64,000 nt of DNA from Bilabrum cf. latius (lineage: Eukaryota). This document shows, piece after piece, positions 38,001-47,420 of the stretch. Positions within the stretch are counted from its first letter, which is position 1, and the number at the start of each line of letters is the position of its first letter. The notes under the pieces were generated by a model. The model was not told the DNA's origin and searched no databases. It was given only the letters and a program-made list of their open reading frames with translations. The position numbers and the translations under genes are program-made. Where the stretch lies: contig OZ237754.1 of the NCBI GenBank assembly GCA_965178125.1, positions 434,001 to 498,000 on the forward strand. The letters run 5' to 3'.

Positions 38001-38669
38001 GGGTGCGCCGGTCCTGTCGGGGGCACCTGCCCGGGCCATCCAAGAGCTTTCCGCCCTGGGGTGCTCGCCCCAGCGAATGCGAGCAGCTTCCTCGCCAAGC
38101 ACCTGTTCCCTGGCACTGCACAAGGCGGCATGCATCACGGTGGCAGCCGATGGCCCAGCCGCGCTGCCCCCCAGAAATCGCTTCGACAGCTCGACAAGCT
38201 CCGCGTGCTCCTCCGGCGCGACTACCGGCTGTACCGTGCGCAACCACCGCTTCACGGTCTCTCTCGGGTTTGGTAGGGGCAGCGGTGGCAAGAACCGCTA
38301 AAAGTCGAACAGCCTTGCTCGGTCAACGTCCCAGCCCAGGTAGTTCACGCAGAGCCAACGCGCTGCAGCCAGGTCAGTCAGAGATGCCCGTGGACTGGCA
38401 GTCCTACCCAGCAGTGCAGAGACACTTACCTCTGCTGCTATGCGTAACGCAGATGGAACAGCGATGATTCCAGCGCCGACGGCTAGGGAGCCACCGACTG
38501 CGAGCATGGAAGGAGGCTCTGACTCAACCGATGCGCTCCCAGATCCTGATTCTTTGTGTAAAGCACGCCTTGCTTTCGATTTTACGGTTGATACGCCATT
38601 TGATACCAATGGTAAATCAGCAACCGTTGGGTTCGCCTGCATATTACCAGGAGATCGATTCCCGTCCAT
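35094..38669 (-). CDS. Choline/carnitine O-acyltransferase (CPT1/CROT-like) ending in a PTS1 signal (-AKL), 1191 aa; TAG at 38298, 36903, 36456, 36330, 35925 and 35208
   Basis: Motifs LFDF*RFLPPLPLP, NWLRDTWLRFAYL, WMLHGNGHSLWSD, catalytic EHTPADAP, SPDALV*MALQ..LTYESASTRRFHLGRTDTIRS, GQGVDRH, LSTSQ and GGFGP; ends SSSAAKL-TGA. Confidence 0.95.
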
Positions 38670-38944
38670 GCTCGGTCAACGTCCCGCTTCGGCGGTGGAG
38701 TACGTAGCAATCCAAACTCTGCTGCAGGGAAACGCTGCGTAGCAGTCAGCAGAATTCTCGCGCTATAGCGGTCTTGGTGACTCTTTCTGTCGTGTGTTTT
38801 GTCATTTTCGCTGTCCGCCATGCTGCAATCCGGAATTGTTGCAACTTGAAGATCGATTAAAAAACGGACTCCTCGGCGGCGACAACTGAGCAGCGCCAAC
38901 ATTAAGGCTATGACTTCGAATAAAAAATTCGAATGAGTCGCCCC

Positions 38945-38985
38945 GCGAAACTTTTGGTCTCGACCTGATAGCGAAACTTTTGGTC
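38945..38985. promoter_or_regulatory. 15-bp direct repeat GCGAAACTTTTGGTC (x2) in the divergent promoter between the acyltransferase and the mitochondrial carrier
   Basis: Exact copies at 38945-38959 and 38971-38985, 22 nt upstream of ATG 39008. A regulatory role is inferred from position only. Confidence 0.4.
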
Positions 38986-39007
38986 CCAGGCTCGAACAGG
39001 ATCTAAG

Positions 39008-40798
39008 ATGGAAGGACTGACCTATGCGGAGCGGAGAGCACTTTTTACTCAGGTAACAAGCAAATCAAGCTTACGATCGAGCCGAAGCGAGCGAGAGACA
39101 GAGCGAGACGAATCTCTTGCGCTCGTGAAGCTATTTAGATCGATTGATGCGAACCACGACGGCAGCATTACAGCCACGGAATTGCTGAATTGGGTACTGT
39201 CTAGGGATGCGCATGATATAGATAAGGGTCGACTGGGACAGGCTGTAGCTGCTGCCATTGCGCAAGCAGATCGTGACAAAAGCGGCACCGTAGAGCTGGA
39301 CGAATTTGTGCTCGCCTTTCATGCGCTCGGAGCAGCTCGGGACCCAGAGACTGCTCTGCGGACGAGATTTATTGGAAGTCTACAGATTGATGATGGTGGA
39401 GAGGCCGCCCCAGCCGCGATTCCGGCGTCCCCTCGCAGCAGCGCTCCGGAGCCTGGTGGCTCGAGCAGCGAGGCGCGCGGTGGGTCCCTGCAGCCACAGC
39501 CGCTGCCAGCGATTACGAGTGAAATGCTAGGGCACCCCGCCATGTGGTGGGGCCAGCTGGCGGCTGGCATCGCTGCGGGAAGCCTGATGCGCACTGTGCT
39601 CGCGCCGCTTGACGCTGCAAGGCTGGTGCAGCAGGCGTCCCCGGTGGCACGGGGCCCCAGCGGCATGACCGCGGTTGCAACCATGCGGCAGCTCTGGGCC
39701 AGAGGCGGCCTCGAGGCGATCTTCGCAGGAAACCTGTACAACTGCATCAGGTTCGTCCCCTTTTCGGCCGCGTTCGCCATCGCGTTTCCCATCGTGTCCG
39801 ACAAAGTAGAGCCGCTCGTCCGGTGGGCGAGAAACAGGACCAGGGCGTGGGTCAGGGAGAACATGCCCGCGGACCAGGCGCAAAGGGCGGCTGGCTACCT
39901 TCCATCCCCCTCCCTCCTCTCTCGCAACTGCGCGGTGGCGGCTTCGGCGGCCGTGGCCTTCCCTCTGGGCTACCCTCTCGAGGTGGCCAGGCTGGGGCAG
40001 GCCTTGCGTAGGACGGTTCAGGGGAACAAAGTAGGCGCTACTCCAGTGGTGGGCACTGGCCTCAGCGGCAGGATTTCCACCGGACTGGGCATGGTGCGGG
40101 GGCTCGTGGCGCACCGGGGCCCGCTCGCGATGTTTCGGGGCGTGTGGCTGACGGCCGCCTGGGTCGTACCCTCGGTGGCGCTGCAGCACTGGGCCTTCCA
40201 CGCGGTGCTGTTCCGGTTTTCAGCCGCCCAGGAGTGGAAACCCGGACCGGAGGCGTTCGTGCTGTCGGCTCTCATTGCCGCGGGCGCGGCCATCGCCGCC
40301 CTGTACCCCTTAGACACGGTCAGGAAGCAGATGCAGAGGGAAGCGCTCGCGGAGCCCTTCCAGCAGGCTGCCTCGGAGCGTGCTGCGCTGTAGCACGCCA
40401 GTCTGGAGGCGCATGCGGCTGGGCTGGCACTGCCGGCGCAGTGCACATCTCGTCATTTCCCCACTGGCAAGGCTTCGAGCCAGGTTGGTATGTCATTGAC
40501 AGGAGGACGGAAGCACGCGGCGGTAGCGACGAACGCGATTGTCTCGTAGCGACGCGTTCGCACGTGGTTTATGGGCTTGTCATCGCCTGTGCACGAGTGG
40601 AGGCGTGGGATAGGGATTGCTCGAGGCGTGGTGGCCAGGGGAGGACTTGGAGGTCTGTATCGAGGTCTCCCGCTGGCATTCGGTCGCATGCTTCCGAGTG
40701 TGGCAGCCGGGCTCTTGATGCGTGAGTGGATGTTGGAACACGTTGGAAGTGGACTTCAGCCACTTTCGGACAGCGAGGCGTGCAGCGAAACTGGATGA
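39008..40798 (+). CDS. EF-hand mitochondrial carrier (SLC25, SCaMC/ATP-Mg-Pi carrier-like architecture), 596 aa; 2 TAGs
   Basis: EF-hands DANHDGSITATEL and DRDKSGTVELDEF; carrier signatures PLDAAR, PLEVAR and PLDTVRKQMQ. The third-repeat GGLYRG motif lies downstream of TAG 40391 and a second TAG; TGA at 40796. Confidence 0.92.
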
Positions 40799-41203
40799 AT
40801 TGAACCTGCGGTGCGTGTTCAAGTTGTGTACGCCTGAGCTATCAAATGGAGAAGGAACCCATGCCACCGCGTCCAGCAGCTGGAAGTCTTCCGCATGCGT
40901 CAGAATTTGACTTCAAACGAACGACATCACTCCGCGCGAGACGCTGCAGTCAATCGTTCTTCAATTTCATCATCCGCAAACTGTACAGGAACCAAAAGAT
41001 GCTCCTGCATCAAACCATGAAGCGACACGTTCAACGAATCAATAGAATGAGCATATTCTTACAAGATTTGCTGATTTGCGGTGGTATTTGCCGGAGCGCA
41101 GCAGTGTAGTGTCTGTAAGACCGCCTTGTTGGCTGCGACTCGATTTTGGTGACTTCGCAAGGAAGGTTCCCTCGACCACTTGCAATCCGCATCGACTTTG
41201 AAC

Positions 41204-42787
41204 TCACGCAAATCGCACCAGCAACGGGCAGTTTGCCATCCCCAGCTCTGACATGCTAGAATCTGTCTTAACCTCCCCTTTGCTGAGCATTATACCACTC
41301 CTTGCGCCTAGCTCAATCGTGTATGCCGGCACCACCACGGCCGCCGCCGCCCCCACGGCTGGCCCACCGCCCCCCGAGTCAGAGCCCATTGGAACAGAAC
41401 TGCCAGCGCTCCGCACGCCGCCAGCCCTCTTGGTGCCAAATCCAGCATCCAACAGGAGTGCATCTATCCACGCGAAGCACTCCTCGATCGTGCTGCCGCT
41501 GGCAAAGCGTCCCGTTGCTCGCTTCGGCACTGGAGCACCTGCTCGAGCAGCACCGAGCACAGCAGCTTCAGCGGAAAGCGGCACAGCACCACCGGCCGAC
41601 AAGCCGTCCCAAAGCCCTTCAAATCGTGCCTGAACCCTCAACGAACCTTCGCCGACTCCCGAAGCTCCCAACGCGGGCGCTGCCGCTCGGATGGATGCCG
41701 CTGCCGCCGCGCATTCCCCTGGTTCCGCAACGACAATCGCAGGCGCGCCGGGCTCCGATGACTCAGGACCTGTCAAGTCAACCACCTTGCCGCCTGCCAA
41801 TCCATCGGCCCCCATACCCACACCCCCAGACACAGGCCCGGCCCCATGCATCCCGCCGAAGCTGCCGTGCCCTCCGGCACCGCTCTCTCTTGCTCCCCCC
41901 GCCGACAGGGACATTGCGAGGGCCATCTGCAGCTCATCGTCGTCATCATGTCCCCCCTGCATGGCTGCCTGCCCCCCAGCGGCTCCGAATCCCCCACTGG
42001 CACCCGATGCCTCGTACCCCATGCGTCGGTCCGAATCGGCGTCGGTTTCGGCCAGCGACGCACGCAGAGCCGCCTCCAGCTCTGGGTCTGATGCGGCTCC
42101 CCCGCTCGCGCTCCCACCGCCGGAGGTTCCCCCCGCTGGCCTTGGTTTCGATTTGGACGCGAGCAGGGCGGGGATGGAGTGCCACGAGCCCGGGGGGCCC
42201 TCGCTGGTCGCCTCGAAGCTGGGAGGGAGCTTGCCGGTGATCACGAACAAGTTCCAGCCCTCGTTCCGGGCTTGACCCAAGAATGCAGCTAAGTAAAAAT
42301 CACTGAGGTGCTGCGGCTCCTTCAGCAATGAGTTAAGGTTCCAGTAGTGCCCGCCAATCCTCCGAATGCAATACCAATGGTCGCTTGAGTTGAGAATGAA
42401 GGCCTGGTACTTGGTTGGGTCTTTCATGCACGCATACACGGTCTCAGGCGACTCATCCATTCTCAATGAGGGGTATTTCTTGTTGAAGGCTTCCTGCAGA
42501 ACTCCTTGGCTGAAGTTGCCAGCAGAATCGACGTTGAAGCTGTCTTCAGCCAGATACTTGAGCGCATCCGACGTGTCTGCTCCCTAACTAACCATGAGCT
42601 ACCGCTCTCGCTCATCGAGCGCCCGAGCGTACCCTAGCAACTCTCCGACAGTAAATGCTGGAAACTGCACCAGATTATTCACACAATGCTGCGCGCATAG
42701 AGCGGCTACTTGCTTCTCGTGATAGAGCCACGCTGCCTTGCCGCTTGGACTAGAACTTGTTGAGCCTGAGCTGCCGGCTCCCGCCAT
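41204..42787 (-). CDS. ATXN3: Ataxin-3-like deubiquitinase (Josephin domain, two UIMs, C-terminal UBX-like domain), 527 aa; TAG at 42599 and 42584
   Basis: LYHEKQVAALCAQHCVNNLVQ (catalytic Cys), LDERER*LMVS*G, NVDSAGNFS and DHWYCIRRIGGHYWNLNSL (His, Asn); UIMs DPELEAALRASL and DDELQMALAMSL; TGA stop. Confidence 0.94.
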
Positions 42788-43307
42788 AAGTACTCGGCTA
42801 TCTCAATCGTGATTGCGTTCCTGAAAACGGGCTTGGGTGACGAGGTTCCGCTGCCACGTGCTGCGCGGCGGCAACTCGAGATGTGGCGACCAGTCCAGCC
42901 GCGACCAGGGCCGACCAGTGGCAACGAATCGCACAGAGAGGCTGAATACCTTCATACGCTGGCTAGAGTAGAGATAACTATTCCCGCAATGTATCTGCTG
43001 GATCGATGTCTCCATCACGGGGCTAGCGTGTAATTACAGGGCTCGTGCTGGAGATGCCACCCCCGGTGCTACCCGCGGGCTCAAGTTTGATGTGCAGGAT
43101 CAGCGTAGCTAATGCACCTACTAGAGCACAATCTAGTGGAATGTTAGAGTACCCCACCAAGCATGCCAGGCTGGTGTGAGGCCCTCGCTGACCCGTAGGA
43201 TCGGATCAGAGTGCGATTCCGGTTATCCACAGCAAGACCCCCAAAACTGCAACAGAAATGCACAGAGCACTCTGCACTTCTGGTGCAGTATTAAAGCGCC
43301 GCGAAAG

Positions 43308-45783
43308 ATGACAGACACTAAGGATGACGATGACTGCGACTGCTTCGATGATTGCTCGGTCGGCTAGTGCGGAGCTTTGACGATGAGCGCAGTGTTTTTT
43401 GCATCAACGGCATGTAAGCCTCTAGTTTTGCCATGCCTCAACCCCGGCAGCGAATCACGATGATGTCAATATTTGGTAATAGTGAAGATGGACCTGGCAA
43501 CAAGCTAAGGTCCTCCTGGTGCATTGCCAGGCGTGCAAGCCATCTCACCGAATCCGCCCGTTTATCTTGCTCTGCACTTGCAGACGGGTTTACAGTTGAT
43601 TTTTCCTATATCGGCTAGACGCAATCCCTGCTAGGAACATTGGAAGGCTTTGATGGGGTCATCGTGCGCGGCCAGTGAGTATGAATGTGTTCATTGGATC
43701 TCGCGTGGTCCGTTCTCGGGCTTTCATTTCCACCATCTCAATCATAGCGTTTGCTCTTTTCGCCAGACTCCCAGGTGGCTCGAGTACGTACTTATAGGGC
43801 TCTTGGTACTTCAGGTATGATAGATTTGGCGCCGCATGCTCATATTTGAGAGAGAATTCTTTGCACCACTGTGCCGGACCCACACTAGCCTCCGAGTCGC
43901 AGGTACTCGCTGCTAGCGCCATGGTTTTTTGGGCAGGCCGCAACAACGAAGACGCTAGCATGTTTGAAGCCTTCTACTGCTGTGCTCCCTTCTGCTCCAC
44001 ATGCACCGGCAAGGAGCAGTACCTAGAGGCCATCGACAAGCTCAGGATGCAGCACCCCATCGCATTCAGGCCAACCAAGGACATCGCCACGGCTGTCCGG
44101 TTCATGTTCAACACTTGCATCATCGTGGTGGTGCAGGCCATCGTGCTGTCCGCGGTGGTGGGCATGGTTGGGGAGGCCATCGCGAACGGAAGCACGGACC
44201 AGTCGGCGGAGGACCTGCTCGGCACGTCGGCGGTGCTGTTCGTGCTGTCACTGGCGAGTGCACTGTACAGCGCAATGAGCTACACTGCCACCATCATCGC
44301 GAGTATCACGGGCACAGTAGTACAGGCTGACGAGCAGAATGCGTCGGCACTGAAGAAAACCGTTGGGAACGAATGGATCCCGCCGAGGCGCGTGGTGCTG
44401 GGCATGGACATAGGGGGCAAGCACTTCGCTTCCAAGTCTCGCGTGCAGCTTCGCAGCCCGATATGCTTGCTGCCGATCGGGGCAGGCCTGGCAGCTGGCG
44501 GTGCTTTGATGCTGACTGTGGCCGTGGGTGCCAGCTACTACGATGTCGCGATTGCCTTCGAGGACGAGGGCCTGACCCCAGCTGACCTGATCAACGGCGG
44601 GAACGATGACGCCGGTGGTGGTGGTGGGAGCGGCCGTCGGTTGCAGTGGGACGGGGACTCATCAGTGGTTGATATGGAAGGAGTGCATGGCTGGCTGGGC
44701 GGCGGCATTGGCAGGATGCTGCAGGACAGCAACGGGACCGGCAACGAGACTGGGAATGAGACTGGGAACGGGACACGGCTCATTTCGCGGCTGGACGGCG
44801 AGGCAGCCGTGATCCTGCGCGACCTGTTTTTGGTGCGTTTGGGGGCTGTGTTCCTTTCACTTGGGTGGATCTTCATGCTGGGGCTGGGCGCACTCGTCAC
44901 TGGGCTGGCTGTATCTTGCAATTTCTGCATCCATGGTCTCGGGCTGGCCGAGGATGAGTCGAAGCCGGAATCCAGCGACGATGGCGACGACAACTTTGGC
45001 GTGGCATGCTGTGCTCTCATGGGCACCTTCGCCATTCTTCTGATGATGTTCACCGCGTTTGCGTACCTTATGATCGGTCTCGCGGGAGCTGGCATCATTG
45101 GAGGGAGCGCGTGGACCCTGTGGTACGCCCGCAGCTTCTACGAGGCTGCAATCCGCACTGCAAACGGTGAGGGCGATGACGATGAAATAGACTGCTCGTG
45201 TGGCCTTGGGGAACAGCTCGTGATTCTAGGAGTGTCCTGCTGCATGCCTAGGATCGAGTCCAGGAAAGTGATCGAGGAAGGTGCCACCTCCAGCGATGTC
45301 AAGACCATCCGAAGGCTGCACGCGCCCCTCCGCGTGGCTCGGTGGGTCTTCAGGGGCGCGGCAATTTCGGCGCTCTCAGATTTTGTCCTGGGGATCGTCG
45401 CGCTGTCAAACCCCACCATCTACAGGGCTCTAGACACGGAGCTGGTCGAGGGGTACGAGATCGGGATCGTGTGTGGGATCCTAGGGGTGGTGCTGTGCGG
45501 CGTGGCGCTCATCCCGCTGGGCTGGGTGCTTTACAGCGGCGTGCTTGGTATGACGGAGGAGGATGACGGCAGCAAGATTCAGGAGCAGCTGGAGATGTCG
45601 TACTGCCCCGCGGTGCTGTCTCTGGCGCAGGCGGCTGCTTTCCGGCACGACGATAACGTATTGATCGCGCTGAAGGGAGACACAATGAAGGAGCTGGACA
45701 AGATGGAGAAGGACGACGACGGCGTAGGGATGATTCCAGAGGATGCAGATGACATCATTGAAATGCCCGACCCGCGAAAGTGA
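43308..45783 (+). CDS. Multipass membrane protein of unknown function; proposed join(43308..43413,43584..43674,43775..43814,43903..45783), about 705 aa; 2 TAGs in the 5' exons
   Basis: The long final exon has many hydrophobic helices, GRRLQ/GRMLQ motifs and NGT/NET sequons. Three phase-compatible GT-AG introns (GTAAGC..TTGCAG, GTGAGT..TCCCAG, GTATGA..TCGCAG) yield a continuous helix WLEYVLIGLLVLQVLAASAMVFW. The 5' exon model is less certain than the last exon. Confidence 0.78.
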
Positions 45784-45926
45784 TATTCGAGCAAGACAAG
45801 AGTTCGTGCTGAATGCACAAAGATGGCAGATTTGCTGGATGGATTCGATCTGATTGTATCTAGCGGAGGACTTTTCCTCCCTGCAACCTGCACTCTTCCA
45901 GATTCACTGCAGCCACCTGCGATTGT

Positions 45927-46623
45927 TGCCAGCGGTGGAAGTGTTCTGGTGATGATTCTATGCACCGAGGGCACTACAGCCTACGACAATGGAACTTTTA
46001 ATTCATTTGGCCGCCCAGGAGTTGCGCAGCCCTGGTATGATGTGCCGGACTGCTCTGGCTGGGACGTTGGGCGGCCATGCGTACAGCATTTCTCATCCCA
46101 AGAATCTCACCCAGATGAGGCTGGAGGTCTGCCTTTGTATGACTGGATTCGATGCTGTGCATCAGCCGTCGCGTATATGGCTGAACTGCTACCACAGAAG
46201 AAGGTATTATACGGAAGCTACCCAGAGCGTGCTGCTGTTCAGTAGTGTTGCAGCTTGCAAAGACGAGCAGACATTCCAATATCTTGGCACACAGAAATTA
46301 GCGTATCATTGTACAGTTGAGTCAATTCGCTTGCCCAGATCTGTGGCCGTACTACACAAAAGTGGAATCCACTTAGTCTCACGTGTTCCCTCTCTCTCTA
46401 GCGTTCAAGGCGGCATTAAGCGCAGATGCGATCCAGTCATTACCTACGAATAGTTTTGAATACACGAATGCTGCCAGCGGAAGAAGTGTTCTGGTGATGA
46501 TTCTATGCACCGAGGGCACTACAGCCTACGACAATGGAACTTTTAATTCATTTGGCCGCCCAGGAGTTGCGCAGCCCTGGTATGACGTGCCGGACTGCTC
46601 TGGCTGGGACGTTGGGCGGCCAT
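45927..46623. repeat. Direct repeat of about 152 bp (45927..46078 and 46472..46623), 3 mismatches
   Basis: TGCCAGCGG..GAAGTGTTCTGGTGATGATTCTATGCACCGAGGGC...GGGACGTTGGGCGGCCAT occurs twice, 545 bp apart, in a lower-GC stretch. Confidence 0.95.
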
Positions 46624-46829
46624 ATATGTATTGCGCGGCTAGTACCTCACATGCTTATGTATGCAAGCACCTACTGTGTTTTGTCCCGAATACAACTCGC
46701 TGGTTTTAAGAACTGCACTGCACATTCCAATACCGGAACAAAAACCACAACTGCAAGTGAAATTCTCCTGTATTTACTGGCAGATGCAAGGCGATAAATC
46801 TGATAAGAATCCTTGAGGCGTTGAATTAA

Positions 46830-47189
46830 ATGGTTAGTTGGCGCGTCTGGCTGCGATCTCCATACGCTAAGGCTGGAATGGTCCTGCTTCCAGTCAGTAT
46901 TTTCGGCGGCTTCGGGTACCGCCTTTACGTCTAGTATCTCGATCTAGAACAGTCGTATCTCGATGCCGTTGAGCATTAGGTTAAGCGTGAGGCTAGTGGT
47001 GAGGGCAACTTCGGTGACGAAGGCCATGGTGGAGGAGAGCAGGTGATCCCCAAGGCACTGACACGGCAGCAGCGGACAGCTCTTGAGAAGGAAAGAGACA
47101 GAATTATCGGGCAGCTAGCCAAGTTGGAAGCAGTTAGACACAAGCGAAAATTGGAACTGGAGTAGCATGGCGGATCTGGCAGAACCTGA
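46830..47189 (+). CDS. Small 119-aa single-pass membrane protein with coiled-coil C-terminus; TAG at 46932, 46977 and 47163
   Basis: MVSWRVWLRSPYAKAGMVLLPVSIFGGFGYRLYV*YLDLEQSYLDAVEH*VKREASGEG...ALTRQQRTALEKERDRIIGQLAKLEAVRHKRKLELE*HGGSGRT-TGA; preceded by an AT-rich leader and absent from the standard-code ORF track. Confidence 0.7.
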
Positions 47190-47420
47190 GTATGCTGCGA
47201 CACCTCAAGCACTCCAAATTGGTCCGCTCCTACAGCGTTTATGCTGATGAGGCAGTTGATAAAGATTGCTCATTGAGCATGCCATACTAAATTGCATAGA
47301 CTTCATCTTGCGGTTCAACTCGATTGAATCAGTCAATATCTGTTTGTCCATTCAGTTCACATGATGTGAGGTGCTAGGTTGCATCGCTTCCGGAACCAGC
47401 CCACTCTGCCGCACTAGTAG

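Noticed and set aside
38582-38902. Minus-strand ORF MADSENDK... upstream of the acyltransferase
   Set aside because: It is in a different frame from the enzyme, has no evident splice link or homology, and is at most a uORF.
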